From NCBI GenBank assembly GCA_964584755.1, contig CAZPAV010000008.1:2570-66569 (forward strand): a DNA stretch of 64,000 nt. Direction: 5' to 3'. This document shows, one piece after another, positions 8,248-19,126 of this stretch. This stretch comes from an uncultured Acidimicrobiaceae bacterium (GTDB lineage Bacteria > Actinomycetota > Acidimicrobiia > Spongiisociales > UBA5794). The notes beneath the pieces were generated by a model. The model did no database searches. It was not told where the DNA came from and worked only from the letters and a program-made list of their open reading frames with translations. Position 1 is the stretch's first letter; each line of letters starts with the position of its first letter. The translations under genes were made by a program, and so were the position numbers.

Positions 8248-8988
8248 ATGCCGTCGCTCGCCTCCGGGTTGCTCCTCCTCGTCGCCGGCCTCGCCGCCGG
8301 TTTCGTCAACGCGGTCGCCGGAGGCGGCTCCGCGATCACGCTCCCCATCCTCACCGACATGCTCGGCGCGAGCACGGCGAACGGAACGAACCGGATCGCG
8401 ATCCTCTTCGCCAACGCGACCGCGACGGCCCGTTACGGCCGGGGTGGGGCCATCGAGTGGCGCCGGATCCTCCCCGTGGTGCTCCCCACCGTCGTCGGCG
8501 CCCTCGCGGGCGCCTGGGTGGCGACGCTCCTCTCCCCGGGCGCGATGAAGCGGGTCTTCGCCGTCGTCCTCGTGTTCATCGCGATCTCGGTGCTCGTCCG
8601 CCCGGCGGCGTGGCTGGCAGGACGCGAGGAGCGCCTCCGCGGACCGTGGCGGACCGCGGCGTTCTTCGGGATCGGCTTCTACGGCGGTTTCGTCCAGGCC
8701 GGGGTCGGTTTCCTGCTCCTCGCCGGTCTCGTCCTCGGCGGCGGCCTCGACCTCGTGCGCGGCAACGCGGCCAAGGTCGTCCTCATCCTCTGCTACACGC
8801 CGCTGGCCCTGCTCCTGTTCGCCCGCGCCTCCCAGGTGGATCTCGCCGCGGGTCTCGTCCTCGCCGCGGGGAACTCCACCGGCGCCCTCGTCGCCAGCCA
8901 CCTCGCCCTCACCAAGGGTGCCGCCTGGATCCGCTGGTTCCTCGTGGTCGTGGCCGTGGCCGCGGCGCTGCGGATGCTCCTCACCTGA
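8248..8988 (+). CDS. TSUP-family (TauE/SafE) sulfite/anion exporter
   Basis: Two-repeat membrane topology with GxxxG-rich helices (VNAVAGGGSAITLPIL...; FYGGFVQAGVGFLLL). Confidence 0.75.
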   Translation: MPSLASGLLLLVAGLAAGFVNAVAGGGSAITLPILTDMLGASTANGTNRIAILFANATATARYGRGGAIEWRRILPVVLPTVVGALAGAWVATLLSPGAMKRVFAVVLVFIAISVLVRPAAWLAGREERLRGPWRTAAFFGIGFYGGFVQAGVGFLLLAGLVLGGGLDLVRGNAAKVVLILCYTPLALLLFARASQVDLAAGLVLAAGNSTGALVASHLALTKGAAWIRWFLVVVAVAAALRMLLT

Positions 8989-8997
8989 GGCGCCGAG

Positions 8998-10119
8998 TCA
9001 GAGTTCGAGACGGTCGGCGAGGATCCCCCGCCAGCGCACCGGGTCGCCGAAGAGCAGCTCGTCGGTCTTCGCCCGCTTGAAGTACAGGTGCGCGTCGTGC
9101 TCCCAGGTGAAGCCGATGCCCCCATGGACCTGGATCGTCTCCGCGGCGACGGAGAAGTAGGCGTCCGAGCACGTGGACTTCGCCAGCGGCGCGACGATGC
9201 GCAGCTCGTCCTCGTCGGCGGAGGCGGCCCAGCCGGCGTAGTAGGCGGCCGACCGCGCCGATTCGACCGCGACGAGCATGTCGGCGCACTTGTGCTTGAT
9301 CGCCTGGAAGGAGCCGATGGGACGGCCGAACTGGTACCGCTGTTGCGCGTACTCCACCGACATCTCCATGCAGCGCTGCGCGCCGCCGACCTGCTCGAAG
9401 GCGAGCGCCACGGCGGCCCGGTCGAAGAGCCGGGCGAGCAGCGGGCCCGCCGAGCCGGGCGCCCCGAGACGGGCGTCCTCCCCCACGCGCACCCCCTCGA
9501 GGCGCACCGTGGCCTGCTTCCGCGTCATGTCCATCGTCTCGATGCGCTCCGCGGTCACCCCGGGGCTCGTCCGCTCGACGAGGTAGAGCTCCGGACCCTC
9601 CTCGCCGCGGGCGACCACGACGAGGGTGTCGGCGACGTGTCCGTCGAGGACGTGGCGCTTCTCGCCGTCGATGACGATCGCGTCTCCGTCCCGCCGCGCC
9701 GTCGTCTCCACCCGGTCCGGCTCCCAACTCCCCGACGCCTCCACGAGCGCGAGCGTCGCCAGGCGCTCGCCCGAGGCGATCCCGGGGAGCACGGCCTGCT
9801 TCTGCTCCTCGGATCCGGCGAGGAGGACGGCCTCCCCCCCGAGGACGACGGAGGAGAGGAAGGGTCCGGGCGTCAGGCTCCGGCCCATCTCCTCCATGAG
9901 GATCCCGAGCTCGAAGAAGGAGAACCCCGCGCCACCGTACGCCTCGGGTATGGCCATGGCCTGCCATCCCATGCCCGCCATCTCCGACCAGACGCCGCGG
10001 TCGAACCCTTCCTCGGTCTCCATGAGCTCCCGGACCCGCCGCAACGGCATCTTCTCGTCCAGATAGCCCCGCACCGCGTCGCGGAGCATCTCCTGTTCCG
10101 GTGTGAAGGCGAAATCCAT
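8998..10119 (-). CDS. acyl-CoA dehydrogenase
   Basis: The product reads MDFAFTPEQEMLRDAVRGYL... with an acyl-CoA dehydrogenase middle domain and C-terminus (...QVHGGIGFTWEHDAHLYFKRAK). The start is the ATG at 10119. The ORF-track upstream extension was rejected. Confidence 0.85.
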   Translation of the reverse strand: MDFAFTPEQEMLRDAVRGYLDEKMPLRRVRELMETEEGFDRGVWSEMAGMGWQAMAIPEAYGGAGFSFFELGILMEEMGRSLTPGPFLSSVVLGGEAVLLAGSEEQKQAVLPGIASGERLATLALVEASGSWEPDRVETTARRDGDAIVIDGEKRHVLDGHVADTLVVVARGEEGPELYLVERTSPGVTAERIETMDMTRKQATVRLEGVRVGEDARLGAPGSAGPLLARLFDRAAVALAFEQVGGAQRCMEMSVEYAQQRYQFGRPIGSFQAIKHKCADMLVAVESARSAAYYAGWAASADEDELRIVAPLAKSTCSDAYFSVAAETIQVHGGIGFTWEHDAHLYFKRAKTDELLFGDPVRWRGILADRLEL

Positions 10120-10194
10120 CCATCCCCTCTTCCGCTGCCACGGCCCATTCTGGCATCGCCGACACCCCCCTCCGCCTCGGGTAGGCTCCCGGCG

Positions 10195-10815
10195 ATGATC
10201 CCCGTCTCCGCCGCCCCCCCGCCCCACTACCGCGACACGGCGGTCACGGTGCGCAAGCTCCCGGTGGGCCCCCTCGAGAACAACGCCTACCTCGTCGTCT
10301 GCAACGCCACCGGCCACGCCGTCCTCGTCGACGCCGCCGCCGAGCCGGAGCGGCTCCTCGCCGCCGCCGACGACGTCACGCTCGAGGCGATCGTCACCAC
10401 CCACGGACACTGGGACCACGTCCAGGCCGTTCCCGCGATCGTTGCGGCGACCGGCGTCCCCTTCCGTCTCCACCCCGCCGACGCGGAGCTCGCCGGCCGC
10501 GAGCCCGACCTGCCGCTCGAGGAGGGTGTCCTGCAGGTCGGCGCCCTGCGCGTGGCCGTCCTCTCCACCCCCGGTCACACCCCCGGCTCCGTCTGCCTGG
10601 CCCTGCCCGGCCTCGTGCTCACCGGCGACACGCTCTTCCCGGGCGGGCCTGGGGCGACCCGCGACCCCGACGCCTTCGACCGCATCGTGCACAGTCTCGA
10701 GAAACGGCTCTTCACCCTGCCCGACGACACCCTGGTCCTCCCCGGACACGGACTCGACACGACGATCGGCGCCGAGCGTCCGCACCTCGACGACTGGAAG
10801 GCCCGAGGATGGTGA
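10195..10815 (+). CDS. MBL-fold metallo-hydrolase (glyoxalase II-like)
   Basis: Motifs THGHWDH and TPGHTPGS identify the fold. Confidence 0.75.
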   Translation: MIPVSAAPPPHYRDTAVTVRKLPVGPLENNAYLVVCNATGHAVLVDAAAEPERLLAAADDVTLEAIVTTHGHWDHVQAVPAIVAATGVPFRLHPADAELAGREPDLPLEEGVLQVGALRVAVLSTPGHTPGSVCLALPGLVLTGDTLFPGGPGATRDPDAFDRIVHSLEKRLFTLPDDTLVLPGHGLDTTIGAERPHLDDWKARGW

Positions 10816-11786
10816 GCACGGACACGGCGCGCCTGGAGTTCGGCCTCATGGTGGAACCCCAGGCCGGCGGGTCGTACGCACGCCTCCTCGACCTGGCGCG
10901 CTGGGCGGAAAGGCGGGGCCTCACCGTCTTCGCCCGCTCCGACCACTACCGCGACGGCGACCGTTCGGCACCGGTCACCGATGCGCTGACAAGCCTCGCC
11001 GGGCTGGCCCGCGAGACCCGACGGATTCGTCTCGCCGTCCTCGTGACCCCGGCGACCTTCCGGCATCCCGCCGTGCTGGCGAAGACGGCGGCGACCCTCG
11101 CCGAGATGTCCGCAGGACGCTTCTCGCTGGGCGTGGGCACCGGTTGGATGGCCCAGGAGCACGAGGCGTTCGGGATCGAGCTGCCGGGCCTGCGCGAGCG
11201 ATTCAGCCGCCTCTACGAGACCCTCGCCTACCTCCGCGCCGCCTTCGCGGGCGACTCGGGGTATCGAGGCCGTCACTACACGCTCCAGCCCGGGGACGTG
11301 CTACCCCGTCCCGCCGGTCGACTGCCGATCATCGTGGGCGGCAGCGGGATGCGGAAGACCCCCACGTTCGCCGGTCGGTTCGCCGACGAGTACGACATGT
11401 TCGTCTGCGACCGCGACACGCTGCGCCGGCGCCTCGCCGTCATGCGCGCCGCCGCGGTGGAGGCCGGACGCGACCCCGAGGCCATCCTCGTGAGCTTCGT
11501 GACCTCCGCGGTCGTCGCCCCGACCGAGCGGGAGTACGCGGCGCTCGTCGCCGAGCGCGCCGCGGCACGGCGCCTCGATCCCGAGGAGTACGCGGCGATG
11601 CTCGCCGCGCGCGACGTCCCGCGCGGGACGCCCGAGCGGGCCGCGGCGATCGTGGCCGGGTGGGGTGCCGCGGGGGTGGGCCGCGTCTATCTGCAGGTGT
11701 ACCGCCCCCTCGAGGAGATCGACACCGGGGAGCTGTCGTTCCTCTTCGACGCCCTCGGCGCCGGAGCGGTCCCGACCACCGGCTAG
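10809..11786 (+). CDS. luciferase-like (LLM class) flavin/F420-dependent oxidoreductase
   Basis: LLM-type TIM-barrel motifs are present (FGLMVEP..., LGVGTGW, PIIVGG). Confidence 0.8.
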   Translation: MVSTDTARLEFGLMVEPQAGGSYARLLDLARWAERRGLTVFARSDHYRDGDRSAPVTDALTSLAGLARETRRIRLAVLVTPATFRHPAVLAKTAATLAEMSAGRFSLGVGTGWMAQEHEAFGIELPGLRERFSRLYETLAYLRAAFAGDSGYRGRHYTLQPGDVLPRPAGRLPIIVGGSGMRKTPTFAGRFADEYDMFVCDRDTLRRRLAVMRAAAVEAGRDPEAILVSFVTSAVVAPTEREYAALVAERAAARRLDPEEYAAMLAARDVPRGTPERAAAIVAGWGAAGVGRVYLQVYRPLEEIDTGELSFLFDALGAGAVPTTG

Positions 11787-11814
11787 CGGCACGCCGCTGG
11801 CTAACCTCGTGGCC

Positions 11815-12573
11815 ATGACCCGTCCGCCGCTGCTCGTCATCGAGGACCTCCACGCGTCGGTCGACGGTACGGAGATCCTCAAGGGCGTGGACCTCGTCGT
11901 GAACACCGGCGAGGTCCACGCCGTCATGGGGCCCAACGGATCGGGCAAGTCGACGCTCGCCAACGTCCTCTTCGGTCACCCGGCGTACGAGGTCACCTCG
12001 GGGAGGGTCCTCTACCGGGGCGAGGACGTCACGAACTGGTCCGCGGACGCCCGGGGGCGGGCCGGGATGTTCCTCGGCTTCCAGTACCCGGAGGAGATCC
12101 CCGGGGTCTCCATGGTGAACTTCCTCCGCACCGCCCTCACCAACCGCACCGGGACCGAGTACACCGTGCTCGAGCTCCGCCTCAAGATCATGGACGCCAT
12201 GCGCGAGCTGGAGATGGATCCCTCCTTCGCCGACCGCTACCTCAACGAGGGCTTCTCGGGAGGGGAGCGCAAGCGCAACGAGATCCTCCAGATGGCCGTC
12301 CTCGAACCGGACCTGGCCATCCTCGACGAGACCGACTCGGGTCTCGACATCGACGCGCTCCGGACCGTCGCCGCCGGGGTCGAGCGGCTGGCGACCCCCG
12401 AGCGCGGGTTCCTCCTCATCACGCACTATCAGCGGATGCTCGACTACATCACGCCGCACGTCGTCCACGTCTTCGTCGACGGGCACATCGTCGAGACCGG
12501 TGGACCCGAGCTCGCCGAGGCCGTCGAGCAGAGCGGATACGAGGCCTACCGGACCGGGGTCGCGACGCGATGA
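11815..12573 (+). CDS. sufC: Fe-S cluster assembly ATPase SufC
   Basis: Walker A motif GPNGSGKST, the signature FSGGERKRNEILQM, LDETDSGLDIDAL and ITHY. Confidence 0.85.
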   Translation: MTRPPLLVIEDLHASVDGTEILKGVDLVVNTGEVHAVMGPNGSGKSTLANVLFGHPAYEVTSGRVLYRGEDVTNWSADARGRAGMFLGFQYPEEIPGVSMVNFLRTALTNRTGTEYTVLELRLKIMDAMRELEMDPSFADRYLNEGFSGGERKRNEILQMAVLEPDLAILDETDSGLDIDALRTVAAGVERLATPERGFLLITHYQRMLDYITPHVVHVFVDGHIVETGGPELAEAVEQSGYEAYRTGVATR

Positions 12574-13799
12574 CCGACCTGTCGGACCTGCGCTCCGACT
12601 TCCCGCTCCTCGGCCGGGAGATGAACGGTCATCCTCTCGTCTACCTGGACTCCGCGGCGACGACCCAGAAGCCCCTCGCCGTCATCGAGGCCCTCGACGA
12701 CTACTACCGCCGCCGCAACGCCAACGTGCATCGGGGCGCGTACCGCCTCGCCGCGGAGGCGACCGACGCCTACGAAGCCGCTCGATGTCGCGTCGCCTCC
12801 TTCGTCAACGCCGCCGCCCCGGAGGAGCTCGTCTTCACCCGGGGCACCACCACCGCCCTCAACTTCATCGCCTACGGATGGGGCCTGAACCACCTCGGCG
12901 AAGGGGACCGCATCCTCCTCACCGTGATGGAGCACCACGCGAACATCGTCCCCTGGCAGCTCGTCGCCCGGTACACCGGCGCCGAGCTCGTCTACCTCGA
13001 CCTCGACGACGAGTACGAGGTCGACCTCTCCGAGCTCGGCACCCTGCTCGACGAGCGGGTCAAGATCGTCGGCGTCTCGGGCATGTCGAACGTCACCGGC
13101 GCGTTCGGGCCCGTGGCCGATCTCGTCGCCGCGGGTCACGCGGTGGGGGCGCTCGTCGTCGTCGACGGCGCCCAGCTCGTGCCCCACGTGCCCACCGACG
13201 TCCAGGCCATGGGGGCCGACTTCCTCGCCTTCTCGGCGCACAAGATGCTGGGGCCGACCGGGATCGGCGCGCTGTGGGGCCGGCGGGAGCGCCTCGAGGA
13301 GATGGAGCCCACCGAGGGCGGCGGGGAGATGATCGCCGACGTCCGGCTCCACGAGTCGCGTTGGGCGCCGGTGCCCCACAAGTTCGAGGCGGGCACCCCG
13401 CCCATCGCCGAGGCGATCGGCTTCGGCGCGGCCGTCGAGTACCTCGAGAAGGTGGGCATGACGGCCATCCGTGAGCACGAGCGGCGCCTCACCGCGTACG
13501 CCCTCGAGCGTCTCGCCACCATCCCTGACCTCACCGTGTACGGCCCCACCGACGTGAACCGTCGCGGGGGGGCGGTGAGCTTCCAGCTCGCCGACATCCA
13601 CGCCCACGACATCGCCACGATCCTCGACGAGTACGGGGTGGCGGTGCGGGCCGGTCACCACTGTGCCAAGCCGCTCATGCGCCGCCTCGAGGTCCCGGCC
13701 ACGGCCCGGGCCTCCTTCTACCTGTACAACACCTCCGCCGACGTGGACCGGCTCGTCGACGCTCTCATGGAGGCGCGCCGGGTCTTCGGGTTGACGTGA
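12570..13799 (+). CDS. sufS: cysteine desulfurase SufS
   Basis: A class-V PLP fold with FSAHKMLGPTGIGALW (the PLP lysine) and RAGHHCA (the active-site Cys). It overlaps sufC (ATGA). Confidence 0.9.
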   Translation: MTDLSDLRSDFPLLGREMNGHPLVYLDSAATTQKPLAVIEALDDYYRRRNANVHRGAYRLAAEATDAYEAARCRVASFVNAAAPEELVFTRGTTTALNFIAYGWGLNHLGEGDRILLTVMEHHANIVPWQLVARYTGAELVYLDLDDEYEVDLSELGTLLDERVKIVGVSGMSNVTGAFGPVADLVAAGHAVGALVVVDGAQLVPHVPTDVQAMGADFLAFSAHKMLGPTGIGALWGRRERLEEMEPTEGGGEMIADVRLHESRWAPVPHKFEAGTPPIAEAIGFGAAVEYLEKVGMTAIREHERRLTAYALERLATIPDLTVYGPTDVNRRGGAVSFQLADIHAHDIATILDEYGVAVRAGHHCAKPLMRRLEVPATARASFYLYNTSADVDRLVDALMEARRVFGLT

Positions 13800-13848
13800 T
13801 GCGACGCGACGTCGGTGGTTCCCCACAGCCACGACCCGGGAGGCGACC

Positions 13849-14307
13849 GTGACGTCCCTCGACGAGCTGTACCGCGAGGTCATCCTCGACCACTATCGCA
13901 ACCCCCGTCACCGCGGCGCGCTCGGCGGTCCCCACGTCCACGCCGAGGGTCAGAACCCTTCCTGCGGGGACGAGTTCTCCCTCGACCTCGCGGTCGAGGA
14001 CGGGGTGGTCACCGCCGTGGCCATCCAGGGTCAAGGATGCTCCATCTCGCAGGCCTCGGGCTCGATGATGGCCGAGGCGGTCCTCGGCAAGAGCATCGAG
14101 GAGGTCGAGGAGCTGACCCGTCGCTTCCGCCTCATGATGAGCATCGACGAGGGTGAGAACCCCGTCGACCCGGAGCGCCCCGGCGCCGTGCTCGGCGACC
14201 TCGAGGCGCTCCAGGGCGTCCGCCGCTTCCCGGTGCGCATCAAGTGCGCCGACCTCCCGTGGGTGACCCTCGCCGAGGCGCTCGAGAAAGCCCGGACGAG
14301 CGCCTGA
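13849..14307 (+). CDS. sufU: SufU/IscU-like sulfur-transfer scaffold protein
   Basis: NPSCGD, GCSISQAS and KCADLPW cysteine ligand motifs. Confidence 0.8.
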   Translation: MTSLDELYREVILDHYRNPRHRGALGGPHVHAEGQNPSCGDEFSLDLAVEDGVVTAVAIQGQGCSISQASGSMMAEAVLGKSIEEVEELTRRFRLMMSIDEGENPVDPERPGAVLGDLEALQGVRRFPVRIKCADLPWVTLAEALEKARTSA

Positions 14308-14338
14308 CCGACGTCCCGCGACGAGGTACGCTGAGACC

Positions 14339-14929
14339 ATGGTGCGGTACGACGCGCACACGGCCCTCGTCGTCGTCGACGTGCAGAACGACTTCGCCGA
14401 CCCGGCCGGGGCGCTCGCCGTGGCCGGCGGCGCCGACATCCTCCCCTTCGTGAACGAGCAGATCGCCGCCGCCCGCGACGCCGGCGCAGTGGTCGCCTAC
14501 ACCCAGGACTGGCATCCGCCCTCGACCCCGCACTTCGCCAAGGACGGGGGGATCTGGCCGGTGCACTGCGTCGGTGACACCTGGGGCGCGGAGCTCCACC
14601 CCGACCTCCTCGTCGTCGCGGACGCGGTTCGCGTCCGGAAGGGAACCGGGGGCGAGGACGGATACTCCGGGTTCACGGTGCGTGATCCGAGGAGCGGCGA
14701 GGAGCGGCCCACCGGGCTCGGGGACGCCCTGCGGGGACGGGACGTCACCGACGTCGTCGTCCTCGGCCTCGCCACCGACTACTGCGTCAAGGACACCGCC
14801 CTGGACGCCGCCCGACTCGGCTTCCGGACCACGCTCCTCGCCGACGGTGTCCGGGCGGTGAACCTCCGGCCCGGAGACGGGGCGCGTGCGGTCGCCGTCC
14901 TGTGCGGGGCCGGCGTCACGATCGAGTAG
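14339..14929 (+). CDS. pncA: nicotinamidase/pyrazinamidase (isochorismatase family)
   Basis: Motifs VVVDVQNDF, WPVHCV and TDYCVKDTALDA. Confidence 0.75.
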   Translation: MVRYDAHTALVVVDVQNDFADPAGALAVAGGADILPFVNEQIAAARDAGAVVAYTQDWHPPSTPHFAKDGGIWPVHCVGDTWGAELHPDLLVVADAVRVRKGTGGEDGYSGFTVRDPRSGEERPTGLGDALRGRDVTDVVVLGLATDYCVKDTALDAARLGFRTTLLADGVRAVNLRPGDGARAVAVLCGAGVTIE

Positions 14930-14949
14930 GGACGGGCCGGCGCCGCCGG

Positions 14950-16521
14950 TCAGCCGCCTCCGGGCTCCTCGGCGCGGGCCCGGGCGACGAGCTCCTCCTG
15001 GAGGGCCCGCATCCGGTCCGTGATCGAGACGTGGTACCGATGCGGGTTGACGAGCCGGCGGACGCCGGGGTCGAGTCGCTCCAGGTCGGCACGCCGCCGG
15101 GCGCGCAGCACCTCGAGGGGCTCGGGCTCCCCGACCGGGGCCCCCCGGTGGAAGACGACGTCGTGGAGCTCCTCGATCCCGCCGATCTCCCCCGCCTCGA
15201 GGACCCGCGTGACCCCGGCCCGGTGCGGGTGATGGAGCACGATCGGTCCCGTGGGATCGGCTTCCTCCTCGTAGGTGGCGACCACGTCGGCGGTGGCGAG
15301 GCCACGGGTGTCGTAGATGCGCCAGACCCGTTTCCGTCCCGGGATCGGCATCTTCTCCGGCGAGTCGGAGATCTTGATGGCCGGGAGCCAGCCACCGTCG
15401 CCGTCCCCGAGGGCGACGAGCTTGTACACGCCGTCGAGGGCGGAGTGGCCGTGGGAGGTGATCAGTCGGGTCCCCACCCCGTAGACGAGACGCCGTACGA
15501 GGGCGGCGGGATCCACCCCGTAACGGGGAGCCTCCTCGTCGATCTGGGAGAGGATCTGCCACAGGGCGAGCTCGTCGAGCTCGCTGGAGAGGACGATGGC
15601 GACGTCTCCGAACCCGGCCTCGTCGAGCATCGCGGCCGCCCGAATGGCGAGGTACGCCAGGTCTCCCGAGTCGAGTCGGATCCCCACCGGCTCGTACCCC
15701 CGCGCGCGCAGCTCGCGGAAGACGGTGATGGCGTGGGGGACCCCGCTCTCGAGTGTGTCGACGGTGTCGACGAGGAGCACGCACTCCTCGGGGTAGGCGG
15801 CGGCGTAGGCGCGAAAGGCACCGAGCTCCCCCTCGCCCATCGCCATGAACGCCTGCACCATCGAGTGGGCATGGGTCCCCTTCGGGTCGATCCCCAGCGC
15901 GTGGGAGAGCCCTACGACGCTGGTGAAGGCGGCTCCTCCCACCAGCGCCGCCCGCGCCCCGGCGTTGGCGCCGGTGTCGGGGCCGCGGCGGAGGCCGAAC
16001 TCGAGGACCGGTCGACCCCGTCCGGCCTCGTCGATCCGGGAGGCCTTCGTGGCGACGAGCGTGGCGTAGTTGAGGTGGTTCAGCAGCGAGGTCTCGAGGA
16101 TCTGGGCCATCGCCAACGGCCCCTCCACCATCACGATCGGGGCGTGGGCGTGGACGATGCGGCCCTCCGGGACGGCGCGCACGAGGATCTCCCCGAAATG
16201 GCCGTGCTCGGCCAGCCAGTCGAGGAACCTCCCGTCGAATCGGGGGCTCCCCGACGGCGTTCGCTGACTCCGCAGCTCGTCGAGGTCCTCGGTCCGGAAC
16301 CGTACCCGCTGCATCCAGTCGAGGAGCCAGCCGAGACCGGCCGCCACGCAGTACCCCGCCTGGTGCTCCCCGTAGTCGGGGTAGTGCCGGAAGAAGTAGT
16401 CGAAGCGGGCGGGCCGCGCCGCGATGCCCTGCTTCCAGTAGAGCTGGGCCATCGTGAGCTGGTACTGGTCGGTGAAGAGGATGCCCTCACAGAGGTCACG
16501 ACGTCGGACCGGTTCCGTCAT
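14950..16521 (-). CDS. pncB: nicotinate phosphoribosyltransferase
   Basis: The N-terminus [12 protein letters not shown] and full-length similarity to NAPRTase. It is convergent with pncA. Confidence 0.85.
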   Translation of the reverse strand: MTEPVRRRDLCEGILFTDQYQLTMAQLYWKQGIAARPARFDYFFRHYPDYGEHQAGYCVAAGLGWLLDWMQRVRFRTEDLDELRSQRTPSGSPRFDGRFLDWLAEHGHFGEILVRAVPEGRIVHAHAPIVMVEGPLAMAQILETSLLNHLNYATLVATKASRIDEAGRGRPVLEFGLRRGPDTGANAGARAALVGGAAFTSVVGLSHALGIDPKGTHAHSMVQAFMAMGEGELGAFRAYAAAYPEECVLLVDTVDTLESGVPHAITVFRELRARGYEPVGIRLDSGDLAYLAIRAAAMLDEAGFGDVAIVLSSELDELALWQILSQIDEEAPRYGVDPAALVRRLVYGVGTRLITSHGHSALDGVYKLVALGDGDGGWLPAIKISDSPEKMPIPGRKRVWRIYDTRGLATADVVATYEEEADPTGPIVLHHPHRAGVTRVLEAGEIGGIEELHDVVFHRGAPVGEPEPLEVLRARRRADLERLDPGVRRLVNPHRYHVSITDRMRALQEELVARARAEEPGGG

Positions 16522-16549
16522 CCTCCCTCCTCGCTGCCCGATACCGGGA

Positions 16550-17938
16550 TCAGGCGACGACTCCCCCCTCGGTCATGGGCCGCACGTCGAGCGCCTTGTC
16601 GAGCTCGTCGGGAGGGAGCACCGCCATCTCGAGCGCCACGTCACGGACGCCGCGATTCTCGGCGAACGCCTTCTTCGTGATCTCCGCCACCTTGTCGTAG
16701 CCGATGTGCGGCACGAGCGCCGTGGCGACGATGGCGTTCTGGTCGAGGAGCCACGCCGCCCGCTCCTCGTTCGCCACGATGCCCCGAATGGTCTTCTCCT
16801 CGAGCACACGGGCGCCGGCGGCGAGCAACTCGATCGACTCCATGAGGTCGTGGGCGAGCACGGGCATCATGACGTTGAGCTCGAAGTTGCCGTTGGCGCC
16901 GCACCAGGCGATGGTGACGTCATTGCCGGCGACCTGCGCCGCGATCTGCATGACCGCCTCCGGGATGACCGGGTTGATCTTCCCCGGCATGATCGACGAG
17001 CCGGGTTGCAGGGAGGGGAGGACGATCTCGCCGATGCCGTTGCGGGGGCCCGACGAGAGCCAGCGCAGGTCGTTGACGATCTTGAAGAGGGAGACGGCGA
17101 CGGTCTTCAGCGCCCCCGAGGCGCTCACCGCCGCGTCCTTGGCGGCCTGAGCCTCGAAGTGGTTCCGCGCCTCGACGAAGGCGTATCCGGTGCGCTCGGC
17201 CATGATGGCGATCGCCCGGGCGGCGAAGCCCGCCGGCGCGTTGAGCCCCGTGCCCACGGCGGTCCCCCCGAGCGCGAGCTCGCGGAGCTCGGGAAGCACC
17301 TTCTCGATCCGCGCCACGCCGTTGCACACCTGGGCTGCGTACCCGGAGAACTCCTGACCCAGCCGGATCGGCGTGGCGTCCTGGAGGTGGGTCCGCCCCG
17401 ACTTGAGCACCCCGTCGAACTCGACGGCCTTCGCCTCGAGACTCTCGGCGAGACGCCGCAGGGCGGGGAGGAGATCCTCCTCCATGGCGGCCACCGCGGC
17501 GACGTGGATGGCGGTCGGGATGACGTCGTTGGAGGACTGTCCGGCGTTGACGTGGTCGTTGGGGTGGACGAGCTTGCTCCCCAGCTCGCCGCCGAGGATC
17601 TCCGTCGCCCGGTTGGCGATGACCTCGTTGGCGTTCATGTTCGTCGAGGTGCCCGACCCGGTCTGGAAGACGTCCAGTACGAACTGATCGTCGAGCCGTC
17701 CCTCCATGACCTCCTCGGCGGCACGAACGATCGCCCCGGCCTTCTCGGCGTCGAGATGGCCGAGCTCCTCGTTCGCCTGGGCCGCGGCGGCCTTGACGAG
17801 GCCGAGGGCCCAGATGAACCGACGTCCGAAACGCAGACCGGAGATCGGGAAGTTCTCGACGGCCCGCTGGGTCGAGGCCCCGTAGTAGGCGCCGTCGGGG
17901 ACCTGGACCTCACCCATGGAATCTCGTTCGATGCGCAT
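16550..17938 (-). CDS. fumC: class II fumarate hydratase (aspartase/fumarase superfamily)
   Basis: The signature [24 protein letters not shown] and [12 protein letters not shown]. The start is the ATG at 17938 ([14 protein letters not shown]). Membership of the superfamily is secure; fumarase rather than aspartase is the more likely assignment. Confidence 0.8.
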   Translation of the reverse strand: MRIERDSMGEVQVPDGAYYGASTQRAVENFPISGLRFGRRFIWALGLVKAAAAQANEELGHLDAEKAGAIVRAAEEVMEGRLDDQFVLDVFQTGSGTSTNMNANEVIANRATEILGGELGSKLVHPNDHVNAGQSSNDVIPTAIHVAAVAAMEEDLLPALRRLAESLEAKAVEFDGVLKSGRTHLQDATPIRLGQEFSGYAAQVCNGVARIEKVLPELRELALGGTAVGTGLNAPAGFAARAIAIMAERTGYAFVEARNHFEAQAAKDAAVSASGALKTVAVSLFKIVNDLRWLSSGPRNGIGEIVLPSLQPGSSIMPGKINPVIPEAVMQIAAQVAGNDVTIAWCGANGNFELNVMMPVLAHDLMESIELLAAGARVLEEKTIRGIVANEERAAWLLDQNAIVATALVPHIGYDKVAEITKKAFAENRGVRDVALEMAVLPPDELDKALDVRPMTEGGVVA

Positions 17939-17968
17939 GACACGCTCCTCGGGGGATCTGGGATGCTT

Positions 17969-17991
17969 CCGCGTCGAGGTTAGCGACGCGG
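17969..17991. terminator. hairpin CCGCGTCG-aggttag-CGACGCGG downstream of sufC2
   Basis: A perfect 8-bp stem read from the sequence. It lies between the end of the suf unit and the fumC start. Confidence 0.35.
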
Positions 17992-18092
17992 TCCGAGGGG
18001 CCGGTAGGGTCGGGCGACCCATGGGCCCGACGGACCGGCGTGCCCGGCACGTCCCGGCGGAGCCGGTGGCGGATCGGGCGTGACCCCCGGTC

Positions 18093-18809
18093 TCAACGGA
18101 AGCTCTCGTACCCCTCGGTCTCGAGCCGTTCCGCCAGCTCCGGTCCACCCGACGCCACGATCCGCCCGGCCACCATGACGTGGACGCGATCCGGCCGCAT
18201 GTGCCGCAGGATCCGGCTGTAGTGGGTGATCACGAGGATGCCGAGACGTGGGCTTCGCAACCGTTCCACCATCTCCGCCACCTCGCGCACCGCGTCGACG
18301 TCGAGGCCGGAGTCGATCTCGTCGAGCACGGCGGCCCTGGGATCCGTCACCGCGAGCTGGAACATCTCCGAGCGCTTCTTCTCGCCGCCCGACAGGCCCA
18401 CGTTCACGGGTCGGGTGAGGAACGGTTCCATGCGCAGACGGGCGACGGCGTCGGCGACCCGGGCGCGGAACGCCGGCTCGTCGATCGCCACCTGCGCCAT
18501 CTCCTCGAGCAGGTCGGTGAGGGTGACCCCGGGGATCTCGATCGGGTACTGGAACGCCTGGAACAGGCCGAGTCGCGCCCGCTCGTCCACCGGGAGGCCG
18601 AGGAGCGGCTCACCGGCGACGCGGGCGCTGCCCGAGGCCACGTACTCCTCCTTGCCGGTGAGCACGTGACACAGCGTCGACTTCCCCGACCCGTTGGGAC
18701 CCATGAGCGCGTGGACCTCGCCGAAGGGAACGACGAGATCCACGCCGTGGAGGATCTCGAGATCCCCGAGACGGGCGGTGAGCCCCTCGGTGGCGAGGGC
18801 CGGGGTCAC
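18093..18809 (-). CDS. sufC: SufC-like ABC ATPase (second copy)
   Basis: Motifs [23 protein letters not shown] and ITHY. The GTG start at 18809 overlaps the Rieske gene stop. Confidence 0.75.
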   Translation of the reverse strand: MTPALATEGLTARLGDLEILHGVDLVVPFGEVHALMGPNGSGKSTLCHVLTGKEEYVASGSARVAGEPLLGLPVDERARLGLFQAFQYPIEIPGVTLTDLLEEMAQVAIDEPAFRARVADAVARLRMEPFLTRPVNVGLSGGEKKRSEMFQLAVTDPRAAVLDEIDSGLDVDAVREVAEMVERLRSPRLGILVITHYSRILRHMRPDRVHVMVAGRIVASGGPELAERLETEGYESFR

Positions 18810-19126
18810 GCGTCCCCCTCCTCGGTGAGGACGAGGTAGACGTCGCCGTCCCGCACCTCGGCGACGTACACGGGAACCGGCCGGGTCGCCGGCAGCGAGT
18901 GAGGCACCCCCGTGCGCAGATCGAACTCGGAGCCGTGACGGGGACACTCCACCTCGCCGTCGAAGACCTCCCCCTCGGCGAGGGATGCCTCGGCGTGGCT
19001 GCAGCGGTCCCCGAGCGCGTACACGTCGTCGCCGATGCGGAACACCGCCACCCGGTGGCCGGACACCTCGACGCGGACGCCGCGTCCCTCGGGGAGATCG
19101 CCCAAGGGGCCGACCCGAACCTCCAT
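18806..19126 (-). CDS. Rieske [2Fe-2S] ferredoxin-like protein of the suf operon
   Basis: The ligand boxes CSHAEASL and CPRHGSEF. The start is the ATG at 19126 (MEVRVGPLGDLPEG), and it overlaps sufD by 1 nt. Confidence 0.75.
   Translation of the reverse strand: MEVRVGPLGDLPEGRGVRVEVSGHRVAVFRIGDDVYALGDRCSHAEASLAEGEVFDGEVECPRHGSEFDLRTGVPHSLPATRPVPVYVAEVRDGDVYLVLTEEGDA

Noticed and set aside
14902-16680. 592-aa plus-strand ORF antisense to pncB
   Set aside because: A shadow ORF. pncB on the minus strand has full-length NAPRTase similarity.
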